Shown piece after piece: positions 28,607 through 42,909 of a stretch of DNA of 64,000 nucleotides. The notes under the pieces were generated by a model. It saw only the letters and a list, made by a program, of their open reading frames with translations. It was not told where the DNA came from and made no database searches. Both the position numbers and the translations under genes were made by a program. The stretch lies in the NCBI RefSeq assembly GCF_009914755.1, contig NC_060931.1; one strand, given 5' to 3'. Within the stretch, counting starts at the first letter, position 1; the number at the start of each line of letters is the position of its first letter. Source of the DNA: the human T2T-CHM13v2.0 reference genome, Homo sapiens.

Positions 28607-30770
28607 TCCAGTTTTCATAATGGAATACTTACTACTGCATTTTGAGAGAGAATATATGGCAATTTGGGGTTTTTTTTAAACATGATAGCCTGCCAACTAT
28701 CAAATAACAGCACACAGTTTGGGCCATAGGACGAAACATGGACCCTTTGAAAATTGCTTTCTTGACTGTACATAACACCTGGACTTAAATCATTAAGACA
28801 AGTAACATACTATAAGTCCACAATGGCAAAATTCATGAAACTAGAAATCTTACCAGGAAACTTATTATTCACAAATGTCCTTAAGGTACAACTTTAAAAT
28901 GAAATAAAACTTGGGGATTTTTCCATAGGCAATTTTAGTTACAGATTATATCCAAGAGGCAAGTCGGGCTTGTTCAAGACCCCACACTAAAACTAATTTG
29001 GTGGTGGCAATAGGAGCTAAGATAATGAGTTTTTTCCTTTACAGATGACTTCATTGCTAGCATTTCTACCTGTGCCTGACAAATGGAAGTTACAAATGAA
29101 AGGCTGCCCCTTGAAGAAACAGCACATTCAAGTTACATTCCAGAAATATCAAAATAGATTCTTATTAAAATTTAAGTGAAGTGCATGGCCCTGGAAGCCA
29201 CAAAATATATTCCCCTCTAGATTATCTGGTAATGTATTATCTGTAGGAATTTTTCATCTGAAACTGGCTTTCAGAATACAATCAGGCCTTTGATTATCCA
29301 AAGAGTGTGCACACTCAAATATTTGACTAAGAAACACAATTAGGAGACACATTTACGTCAATCTGAAGGTTTTAAACTACATATGTGAAAAACAGACTCC
29401 TTACAAGTATTGTATCAGACCCTGCCTAATCTTTGCCTCTCATCAGTAAATTGCAGTTACAATACAAACACGTAAACAATCTTCTACACACACAAACACA
29501 AAAAGCTGAGGATTCATGGTCAGAGTAGGCCTTAAATTATATATAAGTAATCTTTGATTAATTACAAAAGGCCCAAATAAAATGTAGTTCTCTTTTGGCT
29601 GCAATCACAAAAGACATAAAAAGGAAAAGAATAGAGGAACCATGATGTTGGTCACAACTAAAAAGAATACTACCTGAAGCCCTGTGTGATTTTCAAATCC
29701 AATTAGGCCACATAATATTGATTGTTTCAAACATTTTCAATAATCTTTCCTAAATTTATCTCAAAAGGTAAATCTAAGTAACTGAGAATCAGGAGCTGAA
29801 AATCACGGTATATCGCTTCCTTCTAGCTTGCTTTCTTGTAAGTGATAAATTCTCTGGAACTAACTTTGAAGATCACAATGAAATGTATTCATTCATTACA
29901 TAGCACACACGTTAACAACTACGACATGTTAGAGACTGTGCAAAACAATTAGAACCAATTAATTGTATTCTTAAAGTTCTAAGACACATACAGAATTTAT
30001 ATTTTGTAAGCTTATGAACACTTCATTGTTATCCAAACTGTACGACACAGCTTAGCAGAAATGAGTGGATTCCATTCTCCAGAAGAATATTTAAAACAAG
30101 ATCGTCAAGACATATGTTTTTTGTTTCTACATATAAGAAAATTGGAAGTCTCGCAGCTTCGTCCTAACAAGCTGAACTACTGAAATATGAACCACTCCCT
30201 CTTATATCCGTAAGAGAAGTGAGGTCATAGGTCAAGCTGCTGTCCCCAGAATCATAGAGAAAAACAGGCAGATTCAGAGAATCACAACATAATGAAAGCA
30301 GAATCCACTGGAGGAACAAGTGCCTGCATAGGGAAAGCTCAAATGTAATTGACAAATTCCTAGAGACCTAGTGTGGGCAAGTCTGAGAGTTAAAAACTCC
30401 GGGAAAACCCAGTCACAGAGGAGGGCTCCCATGCTTCTGTGAGTTTTACCTCCAGGAGCTTGATCAGGTTCTCATACTACTAATATGGGAGAGAAATTTC
30501 TTCCTGCTTCCAGCAGGGAGAAGGAAAATAAAAAAAATTGTTTTAAATACTCCAGAGGCTGCTCTTCTTAGCAAGGTCTACCCTGAGGAGACTCTAGTGA
30601 GCCAGAGCCTAAACTGCTAAAGGTTTTATCAGAACATAATGAACCTGTGGGAAACAAAATACCCAACTCCAAACACCCAGCCCTCCATGTGGGAGAAGGG
30701 ACACACCCACATACCCAACTCCAGCACACTCTAGCTATCCTGTCCCATTTAAGGATGAAGGAAAAATTAA

Positions 30771-31089
<319 letters not shown>

Positions 31090-33494
31090 AGAAACGTGTT
31101 TTACAAGGCATAGGATCACTAATACACTGTGATCTAATCATAGGACTATGGAATGCTTTCCCGCCCCCACACCTTGCCACATTACTAAGGGTATATTTAC
31201 TGCAGATCCTTCTACCCAATACACTATATCTTTCTGTTAATAAAAAATTACAAGGCATATTAGAAGGCCAAAAAACACAGAAACCAGCTTAAATAGAAGG
31301 AATAAGATAAGAACCACACAGCAAGAATGTAGGAATTACCAGATATTAATAGAACATTTAGAACTATGATCAACTACATACAAAGGATTCCAGTAGTTAG
31401 ACAGGATGCAAGAAGATGGGCAATTTAAGTAGGTAGGTGGAACTCTTAAGAAGGAATCAAAAAGAAATGCTAGAGATCAAAAACACTAATAGAAATGAAG
31501 AATGCCTTTGATGGGCTCATTAGCAGACTGAAAATGGCTGAGGAAGAATCTCTGAGCTTGAGGTTATCTTAATAGAAACCTCTGAAAGTGAGAAGTAAAG
31601 ATAATGAAGACCAAAAAATTCAGAATAGAATAATTAAGAGCTATAAAAGGTGTAACATACAAGTATAATGGGAATATCTATAAAAGAAAAAAATTAACAG
31701 AAGAAATATTTGAGACAACAGTGACTGATAATTTCTCCAAATTAATGTAAGATAGCAAACCACAGATCCCAGAAGCTCAGTGAACACCAAGCAAGGTAAA
31801 TGCCAAACAATTCTACCTAGGCATATTATACTCAAACTACAGAAAATCAGAAAGAAGCCAGGGGAATCAACACCTTACCTATAGAAGGGCAAGGATAATT
31901 ACATCTGTCTTCTCACAAACCATGCAAGCAGGATTGTTGAGTAATATTATTTTTTTGGTGGGAAGGGACGAATACCTACCTAGAATTCTATCTTCTGAAA
32001 CTATACTTCAAAAGGGAAGGAGGAATAAACATCTTATCAGACAAAAATTGTGGAAAATTGTTGCCAATAAACCTGCTTTGCTAGCAATGTTAAAAGGAGC
32101 TATTTAGAGGGAAATGATACAGGTCAGAGACTTTACATAAAGAAGAGATTCAGAGAAAAAAGGTAAAAACTCGTTTTTATTATTCTTAATTGGTATAAGA
32201 AAGTTTGTTCAAAATAACAGCAAAATGTATTTCTTCTTAAATGTGTACATATACATGCTTATCTATGCTTATGTATAAGTGAAATTAATGACAGCAATGA
32301 TACAAGGGCTGCAGGGAATGATAAAGACTATTTTCTTATAAAGTACTCACATTATTATAGTGTTATTTGAAAATAGAATTAGTTGTAAATGTGTACTAGC
32401 AACTATGGCAAAAACTGAAAGAATGTAATGGGGGAAAGCTATTACTGAGAGAGAAAGAAGAAAACACAAGTCACAAAATGTTCAATTAAACTAAAAAACA
32501 AGGCAGAAAAACACTGGAAAACAAAAATAGCAAGGACAACATATATAAAATAGTTTAAAAATGTAGTCAATATTAACCCAATTATATCAATAATCACATT
32601 AAATTTCAATGATCTAAATATACCAATTAAGAGAAAAATTGTCAGACCAATGTACAAAACCCAAGTCTTATCTACAAGAAACTCACTTTAAATATAAAGA
32701 CACAGAGGTGAAAGTAAATGGACGGAAAAAAAAACCACGCTAACATTATCAAAAGACGGTAGGAGTAGCTAATTTCACACACAACCAAATTCAGCACAAT
32801 GAGAATTATCAGGGATAAAGATTATAAGATCATAAAGGGGACAATACTCTAAGAAGACATAATAATCTTCAATGTGCCTGGACCTAACAAGAGAGGGTGA
32901 AAACAGGGTAAAACTGATAGACGTGTAAAATAACTAGATGAATAAACTGTAATTGGAGACTTCAAAACCTTTCTATCAGAAATGGACATACTCAATGCAA
33001 ATACACACAAAACAAAAGCAATAAAGACATAGTTGACCTCAACAGCACCAATCAACAGAATAGAATTGATATCTATTGACTACTTCATCCAACATCATCA
33101 AAACACATGTGCTTCTCAGACTCATATGAAGCATTCACCAAGAAAAACCACTTCTGAGGCCATTAAAAACCCTTTAACAAGTTTAAAAGAACATCTCAAT
33201 AACAGAAAGATAGCTTAACATTCCTGAAACACTTGGAGATTAAACACCTCTAAATAATACATGTGTAAAAGAAATGAATTTTTGAAATTAATGAAAATTA
33301 AAACAGAACTTAGTAAAGTTTCTGGATGCCACAAAAGCAGTGCTTGGTGGGAAGTTTATAAAATTAAATGCATGTATTAGAAAGAATAAATTATCTAAGC
33401 TTCCACCATGGGAAACCAAAAAGAGTCAATTAATTCAAATGTAAGTAGAAGAAATCAATAAAATTATAGCAAATAAAATGGATGTAATGGATCT

Positions 33495-36400
33495 GTGACA
33501 TCAGCAAGATGGCTGATTAGAATTTCTTTAGCTTCTCCCCCAATTTCACAAACAGAAATCTAACTAGCAATTATCTGCAGACAAAAAAATACCATCCTGA
33601 ATATCCCAGAACTTGGCAGTGGACCACAAAAATGAGAAAAGTCACAATTGAACTGCTGTCTTTGACTATACTACCACTGCCCCAAGCCAGAATTCCCTGG
33701 GCACGATGGTTTCTATGATGTTTGGAAAAATGAGTTGGTGGCAGACATCCACCTTCCTCACTATTCTAGGACTCTTCACAGGGGCTCACTCCTGTCTTGT
33801 CTAGAAAAAAACATTGGGAGTACCAACATGGCTGGACCACTTGAAGTCAGTTAGAAACAAAAAATGGGGTTGAGGGCCACCAACTCATGGATCTTGGTGG
33901 TTGCTCTACATTCTGGCCAAGGGTGGCACCACACCAGATAAACTAGCCAACTGAAGTGCAGTCCATGGGTCTTCCCATCTGAAATCCTTAGGCAGCTTCC
34001 CGCATAGCCCAGGTGTCCTCGTTCAGGTCAAGAAGCAACTACAGGTCAGCGATTATGTGCACAGGGGGCACTTGGGCCCACCTAATCCTAGTAATAGAGA
34101 AGTAATCAAACTAAGCCCTGGTATTCTTGTTATATCCTCCAAGGTAGGAGGTACCAGCAGGTTAGGGAATACCCATAGAGGGAGAATCTGGACCCACCTA
34201 ACCCTAGCTGCAGAGCTGTTACTCCAAACTTCAGTGCTCTGCTTAATTTTAACCTAGAAAGCAAGCCAAACTTCACACATACCTGAAGCATAGCCTCTGG
34301 TCCTGCCCATCCTATGCGGCAATCCCATAAGACCTCACTCAGCCTTGGAGTCCTTCACACAATCCTGCCTAACTACAGATTCTGGTACTGCCCAGAAAAA
34401 GACGACAATCCACAACTCTGCCAAATCACAGATGATTGCAGAACTCAGGTGACAGCCTCAACTGACAACAAAGTTGAGCCAGTGATCTTACCAGAGCACA
34501 GTCAGCAATACTATTTAACCTCAGAGCACAGGAAGCAACCGAGCCCAATTAGAGAAGCTGACACCAAGGTCTGCCTCTCCTGTGTTGTCATCAGTGGCCC
34601 CATCCAAATTCCTAAATACTAAAGGTCTATTACAAAAGAACACCTGAAATAAATGGCTATCTCCTCAAACACATAGGCATCAATGTAAAGGCATGAGAAT
34701 TATGAAAAATCAGGGAAATATCATGCCATCAAAGTACACAAATAAAGCTCCAGTAATAGAACCCAAAGAAATGGAGATGTGTGAAATGACTCAAAAAGAA
34801 CTCAGAATAATCCTCTTAAAGACGTTCAGGCCAGGTGAAGTGGCTCACACATGTAATCCCAGCAATCTGGGAGGCTGAGGCAGGAGAACTGCTTGAGTGC
34901 AGGAGTTCAAGACCAGCCTGGCAACATAAAGAGACCCATCTCTACAAAAAAAAAAAAAAAAAAAAAAGGAAAAAGAATAAAAAAAAAAGAGTCAGGTGTA
35001 GTGGTATGCACTATGGTCCCAGCTACTCAGGAGGCTGAGGCAGGAGGATAACTGTAACTTGACCGTGGGAGGTCAAGGCTGCAATGAGCTGTATTTGTGC
35101 CACTGCATTCAAGCCTGAGTGACACAGTGAGACTCCTTCCCCCACCCTCTGCAGACAGAGTTCAGGGAACTACAAGAAATACAGATCTGAAATTTACTAA
35201 AGTGTGGGAAATAATTCATGAACAAAATGAGAAGTTTGACAAAGAAATAGAAACAAAATCCAAGATAAAGACTACAATAACTGAACCGAAAAATTTGTTA
35301 GAAAGCTTCAACAGCAGACATGATCAAACAAAAGAACAGTGAACTCACAGAGAGGACATCTGAAGTTGAGCAAAACAATAACAACAAAGAGAGAAAAGAA
35401 TAAAGAAGGCCTAGGAGAATTACAGGACAGCATCAAGCAAACTAGTCTTTGCATAATAGGAGTTCCTGAAAGAGGAAAGAAAAAGGCCTGGAAAGCATAT
35501 TTAAAGAAACAATGGTTGAAAATTCCCAAATCTGGGGAAAGACAACAACCATATACAGGAAGCTCAGAGATTACCAGTCAAACCCAAAGAGGGATTTGCC
35601 AAGACACATCTTAATCAAATTATCAAAAACCAAAAGAAACAATATTCAAAGCAGTGGGCGGGTAAGAAACGTTATTCAAAGAAGCCCCAAGATGGCTTTT
35701 AGCAGATTTCTTAACAGAAACCCCTCAGGCCAGGATAGAGTAGGATAATATATTCAAAGTGCTGAAGAAAAAATACTGTCAAACAAGAATACTTTGCATG
35801 GCAAAGTTGTCCTTCTGAACTGAAAGATAATTAAAAATTTTCCCACAAAAATAAAAGCTCAGAGAGTTTGTTGCTAATAGGCCTGCTTCACAGAAATTGC
35901 TAAAGGAAGTTTAAGTTGGAAAAAGGCTATGAATTAATAACAAAAACCATGAAATTAAAAATCTCAATGGTGTAGATAGTACGTAGTTGCACTTAGAATT
36001 CTCTAATATTGTAAGGGTAATGTATAAACCAAATTAATCCCTTTTAAAAGAGTTAAAAGACAAAACTATTAAACACAACTGTAGCTGCAGTAAGTTGTTA
36101 AGAGATACAAATTATTCTTAAGTGTAAATTTTGACATCAAAATAAGAGAAAGGGAGAGTGAACGCACAGATTTTTTGTATGTAATTAAAGGCAAGTTGTC
36201 ACCTTAAAGTAGGCCTAGTATAAAAATATTTTATGTAAGCCTTATAACTACAAAGCCAAACCTATATTATAGCTGTACAAAATATAAAAAGAAAGTATCA
36301 AAGCATACCACCACAAAAAACTTCATAAAACCACAAAGGAAAAGAGCAAAAAAAAAAAAAAGGAAAGAAGGAACCTACAAAACAATCAGAAAACAAAGTT

Positions 36401-38306
36401 ACAAACTGGCAGTGGCAAATCCCTATCTGATAATAATTAGCTTGAATATAAATACAGAAAGTTCTCCAACTAAAAGGCAAAAGTGGTTGGAGTAAAAACT
36501 AAACAGGATCCAACCATATGCTGCCTAAATGAGATTCACTTTACTGTTAAGAACACAGACCGAAAATGAAAGGATGGAAAAAAGACATTCCACATGAATA
36601 AAAAACAAAAGAAAAGAGGGGTAGCAGGGTAGCTATACCTATAAAATAGATAAAGTCAAGGCCTACAAAGAGACAAAGAAGGTCATTCTATATTAATAAA
36701 GAGGTTAAAATAGCAAGACCACATAAAATTCATATATAGGCATTCAACCTTGGAGCACCTAAATACATACAGCAATTATGTACAAATCTGAATGAAGAGA
36801 GAGATTGCAATACTATAATAGTAGGGGACCTCTATATCCCACTTTCAAAAATGGACCGACCATTGAGAAAGAAAAAAGAAACACTGGACTTTAATTATAC
36901 TTTAGATCAAATGGACATAATGGACATGTAGAGAACATTCGGTCCAACGGCAGAATACATTCCTCTCAAGTGCACAAGAACTATTCTCCAGCACAGATTA
37001 CATGTTACACCACAAATCTTAAGTTTAAGAGGCTTGAAATCTTCTTAAGTATTTTTTCAGGTCACAAAACCATAAAACTAAAAGTCAGTAACAGTTGAAA
37101 TCATGGAAAACCTAGACATATGTGGAAATTAAGAAACATGTTCTGAACCAACAGGTCACAGAAGAAAATCAAGAAAATAAAATCAAGAAATACCTTAAGA
37201 CTAATGAAAATGGGAACACAACATACCAAAACTTATAGCATGCAGCAAAGAGTCCTAAGTGGCAAATTTATAGCATTAAACATCTATATCAAGGTAGATC
37301 ACAACCAAAATTTAGAAAAAGTAAAGAACATCCAGGCAGAAGTAACTGAAATAGAGTCTAGAAAAACTACAGGAAAAAAAAATTGACAACTGTTTTTTTG
37401 CAAATTAGAAAACTCCTTAGCTAGACTAGGAAAAACCAAGACTACTCAAATAAGATCAGAAATTAACAACGGGACATTATAACTGATACCACCAAAATAC
37501 AAAGGATCATAAAAGATTACTAAAAACAATTATACTCCAACAAATCAGATAACCTAGCAAAAAAACATACATTCCTAAACACAGACAACCTACCAAACCG
37601 AATCTAAATAAACCAATAACAATTAAGGACACTGCAATCAGTGCTAAGTTTCCCCCAGAAAATCCCAGAACCAGATATCTTCACTGTTGAATTCCACCGT
37701 ACATTTAGAGGAAAACTAATACCAATTCTTCTCAAACTCACTCCGCCCACCCCAAACAGAGGGGATATTTTCAAACTCATTTTACAAAGCTAGGATTACC
37801 CTGATACCAAAGCCAGACAAGGACACTACAAGAAAACAAAGTTACAGGCTAATATCCCTAATGAACATAGACACAAAAATTATCAAAATATTAGCAAACC
37901 AATTGGGAATGACAGTAAGAGGAGCAAAGAAAAAAATATTAGCAAACCAAATTAAAAACACATTTTTTAAAAAGCATTCACAATGACCAAGTGAGATTTA
38001 TCCCTGGGATGCAAGGATAGTTCAACATAGGCAAAACAATAAACGTAATATACTACATTAACAAAATGAAGGATAAAAGTCATATGATCTTGATACATGC
38101 AGAAAAAATATTTGACAAAATACACTTCCATGATAAAAACTCAATGGTTTAGGTATGTAGGGAATATATCTCAACACAATAAAGGCTATATATTACAAGC
38201 CAATGGCTAACTAACATCATTCTCAATGGCAAAGAGTCAAAAGTGTTTCCTCTAAGATTAGGGATGAGACAAGAATGTCCACTCTCATTGCTTCCTTTCA
38301 ACATAG
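33495..38306 (+). mobile_element. Nested L1M/L1MA-type LINE-1 (5'UTR, ORF1, 5' part of ORF2; 3' end missing)
   Basis: Begins gacatcagcaagatggctga. ORF1 peptides (LCIIGVPE, PRHILIKLSK). ORF2 runs through the EN domain to the RT 'GMRQECPLS' region, then the host L1 resumes. Confidence 0.8.
34829..35140 (+). mobile_element. AluJ with expanded middle A-tract
   Basis: Diverged dimer, gcttgagtgcaggagttcaag; ggtcaaggctgcaatgagc. Confidence 0.88.
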
Positions 38307-38591
38307 ATTATTAACCTGGCTAAGAAAAAAAAGAGGGTAAAAATTACTAATACCAAAATGGAAGAAAGGGCATAACTGCAGACTTCATGGACATCAAGAT
38401 GATAAAGGAGAATTATAAACAACTCTAGGCTTACAAATTTGATAACCTATAGGAAATGTACCAATTCCTGGAAAGGCATAATTTAAAATTCACAGGAATA
38501 GAAAATCTGAATAGATGTAATGTCTATTAAGGAAATTAAATCAATTATCTTTCAAAGCAGAAAGCACCAGCCCCCAATGGGTTCATCGTGA

Positions 38592-38892
<301 letters not shown>

Positions 38893-41357
38893 TCTAGCAA
38901 ACTTTTAAGGAAGAAGTTATACCAATTCTCTACAATTTCTTTCAGACTATCAAAGCAGAGGGAATACTTCCCAACTCATTCTGTGAGGCCAGCCTTACCC
39001 TAATTCCAAAAACAAAAAAAGACATTATAAGAAAAAAAAATAACTACAGACCAATAGCTCATGAATATATATTCAAAAATCCTCAACAGAATAGTAGCAA
39101 ATTAAATCTACTGTATAAGAAGTACTATACACCATGACCAAGGGGGATCTATCTCAGGTGTTTAAGGCTCATTTAACATTCAAAAATCCATCAGTGTAAC
39201 CTGTAATAACAATAAGCTGAAGGAGAAAAAAAATCACATGATCATATCAATAGATGGAGAAAACGTATTTGATAAAAATCCAACACCCACTTATGATAAC
39301 AAGTCAGCAACCTAGGAATAAAGGAAACTTTTTCAACTTTGTAAAGAACATCTGGAGGAAATCTACAGCTATCATCATTCTTAATGGTGAGAACTCAAAG
39401 CAGTCCTGCTAAGACCAGGAATAGGGCAAGGATTTCCCCTTTCACCATTCCTTTTCAACATCATACTGGAATTCTTAGCTAATGAAATAAGATAAGAAAA
39501 AGAAATAAGTATTCTGATTGGAAAGAAGTAAACTCATTTTCACAGGTGACATCACTGTCTATGCAGAAAATGTAAATGCATCAACAAAAAGAACTGGAGT
39601 AAGCCATTATGTCAAGAGACTGACACTTCCAGACTTCAACAGTTACTGTAAAGTTACAAAAATAATGTAATCAAGATAGTGTGATATTGGTTTAAAAAAA
39701 AGTAGGTCAAAGGAAAGGAAAAGAGAGCCCAGAAATAGACCCATATGAATACAGTCAACTTTGGAAAAGGAACAAAAACAATATAATAAAGCAAAGAAAA
39801 TCTTCTCAGCAAATTGTGCTGAAAAACTGGACATCCAGATGCAAAAAATAAAAGTCTAGAAAGACTTTACATCTTTCACCCAAGTTAACTCAAAACTGAT
39901 CACAGATCTAAATATAAAATACATAACTATAAAACTCATAAAAGGTAACAAAGGAGAAAAACCAAGATGACCTTAGGTATGGCTATAACTTTAGGTAAAA
40001 CCCTAAAGGAATGATACATGAAAAAATTGGTACACTGTACTAAATAAAGATTAAGTTTCTGCTCTGTAGAAGACACCATAAAGAAAATGAAAAGATATGC
40101 CACAGACTGGGAGATCCTATGCACAAAAGATATGTGGTAAAAGACTTATCACAAACATGCAAAGAACTCTTAAAACTCATCAATAAGAAAACAGCCCAAA
40201 TAAAATAATGAGCCCAAGACCTTAAAAGACACCTCACCAAAGAGGAAGTACAAATGTTAAATAAGGACATAAAAATGATGCTCATAGGTCATTCAGGAAA
40301 TCCAAGTAAAACAATAAGATAATAGTTCACATAATACAAATGGCCAAAATCCACAACATTAACTATCAAATTGCTGGCAATAATGTGGAGCAAAAAAAAA
40401 AAAGAAAAAAAAAACGAAAAAACCAAAACCTCTCATTGTTGGCAAGAATCCAGAATAGTACATCCACTTTGGAAGACAGTTTTGCAGTTCCTCAGGAAAC
40501 TAGATAAACTCTTACAATATGATCCAGCAATCTTACTCCTTAATGTTTACCCAAAAGAGTTGAAAATTTATACTCACTCAACAACCTGCACAGATATTTA
40601 CAGCAGTTTTATTTATAATTTCTAAAGCTTGGAAGCAACCAAACATTCTTCAGTAGGTGAATGAATATAGAAACTATGGTACATCCAGAGAATGGAATAT
40701 CATTTACTTCTAAAAAGAAACTATCAAGCCATGCAAAAACATGGAGAAACTTTAAATGCATATTACTGAGTGAAAGCATCCAATCTGAAAAGGTTATATA
40801 CTGTGTGATTCCAACTATAATATTCTGTAAAGGCAAGCTACGGAGACAGTAAAATCATCAGGGGTTGTTAGATGTTGGGGGAGAGGGAAGGTAAATACAG
40901 CAAAGAAAATTTTTAAGGCAGTGAAATATCCTATGTAATATTATAATGGTAGATACATGTCATTATAACATTAGTTCAAAGCCTTGAAACATAGAACACC
41001 AAGAGTGAACCCTAGTGTAAACTATGAACTCTAGGTGATAATGATAATAATGTATCAATGTAAGTTCAATGGTTTAAAAAAAAAACAGGTACCACTCTGG
41101 TAGGGGATATTGATCATGGGAAAGGCTATGCACACCTAGAGGGAAAGGGGCTATAAAGGATCTCTCTGTACCTCCTCCATCTTGCTGTAAAATTGCTCTA
41201 AAAAAAGTCTTTAAAAAATAAACAATGTTGACTTTTAATTGCCACTACTTCTTGCCTATCCATATTTGCCTTTCATATTTAATTGAAATGAAAAATTAAA
41301 ATAAGTGAATAAAATTACCTACAAGTCCTGTTTGTTGTACAGAGCTGCCCTATTTTT

Positions 41358-41595
41358 TCAGTGTGTTACCAACTGCAATCCACAGAAAGTACTGTTTATA
41401 CATATTAGGTGGGGAAATGCTAGGTTAAACAAATTTCAAGTTTATTTTAGGGACTTTAATTAATAACGTGTATTCTGAATCCTCAAATGTGGGATATTAT
41501 GTCTACCACTTCCCAAATATATTTTACAATAAGACTTATCTCAACAATGAATATCTTAGAGAATAGTGTTCCATGTAACAGTCTGGGAAGTGATG
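41358..41595. mobile_element. Degraded hAT-Charlie-type DNA transposon fragment
   Basis: gggaaatgctaggttaaacaaa...cacttcccaaa...cagtctgggaagtgatg resembles Charlie-family MITEs. Confidence 0.4.
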
Positions 41596-42420
41596 GTTTA
41601 ACCTTTCTTCCTAAGAGCAGCTAGAAAAATTAGCTTTTCCACTATTTCTGTAGAATCTGCTGTCTAACTTCCCTCCCTTTCCTTGTCTGTATTCTATTTC
41701 TTTCTCTAGTCATTTCTTCCCTCCTTCCCTCTTTGCTCCCCACTGTGGAGTGTGTCACAGTCTTTCTTTCTGGCAACCTTTCTATTGGTTTCTCACTCTG
41801 TGCATATTGGTCTCTGCTGCACATACTCTATTTCTGTACCTCCTCCACATACACAGGCACCTACACACTTTATAAAACTCTAATCATGGGTTTCATGAGA
41901 ACCATAACATCTAGGTATTAATAATCAACCCATATTTCACAAGTGACCCTCTGATTATGTGTCCTAACATTTTATTTTCAGTTCCATAAATGAAGGTGTA
42001 TGCTTCAATTTATTTCAACATCAATGTTACTGTTTCCAGAAATCTTGTGAATAAGAGCTTAAACATTACCTAATAAATCAAAAAAATAAACCACTAATTC
42101 TCTCTAATGTGAAAATAATATATTTCATTTGAGAAAATGACATGGGAGAAAATATGCTAAGTTAAGAGACCAGGTAAATCATTATTCTAATGATAATTAA
42201 AAGGTCAAAACAGGCACAAACTTATATTTTAGGAAAAGGTATTCCCAACTAAAGGAAAGAGACATTTAAAATATTTGTATTTAGTACTGAAATATAATTT
42301 TAAATAAGCAACAATGGATGTGGCATGTAAAAGTCAATAACGAAGCTTTGTGTATTTGGCTCTTATTTCATGTTGATAATCCTCATCTCAGGAATAAATG
42401 AGAATTAAAAACATGCACAA

Positions 42421-42860
42421 GGCCGGGCACAGTGGATCACACCAGTAATGCCAGCATTTTGGGAGGCTGAGGTGGGCAGATCACCTCAAGAGGTGATCTG
42501 AGCCCAAGAGTTCAAGAGCAGCCTGGGCAACAGGATGAACCCTGTCTCCACAAAAAAAAAAAAAATATATATATATATAGATAGATATATATATAGATAT
42601 ATAGATATATAGATATACATATATAGATATATAGATATATAGATATACATATATAGATATATAGAGATATATATACAGAAATACAAAATTAGCTGGATAT
42701 CGTAGTACGTGCCTGTAGTCCCACCTACTTAAGGGGCTGAGGTGTGACAACTGCTTGAGCCTGGGAGGTAGAAGTTGCAGTAAGCCAAGATGATGCCACT
42801 GCACTCCAGCCTGAATGACAAAGTGAAATCCTGTCTCAAAAAAATAAATAAGTAAATGAC
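42421..42860 (+). mobile_element. AluJ-like with expanded AT-rich linker, 10-bp TSD
   Basis: Dimer split by a (TATAGA)-type repeat. TSD acatgcacaa at 42411-42420 and 42861-42870. Confidence 0.9.
42566..42676. repeat. Compound (TA)/(TAGA) repeat with 30-bp higher-order unit
   Basis: atatagatatatagatatatagatatacat at 42591-42620 and 42621-42650, plus a partial third copy. Confidence 0.92.
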
Positions 42861-42909
42861 ACATGCACAAAGCCAAATATGTGAAAATCAAATAATAAGT
42901 TACATTTTA

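Noticed and set aside
42566-42676. Periodic repeat as a CRISPR-like array
   Set aside because: It is a low-complexity tandem repeat without unique spacers or cas genes, in human DNA.
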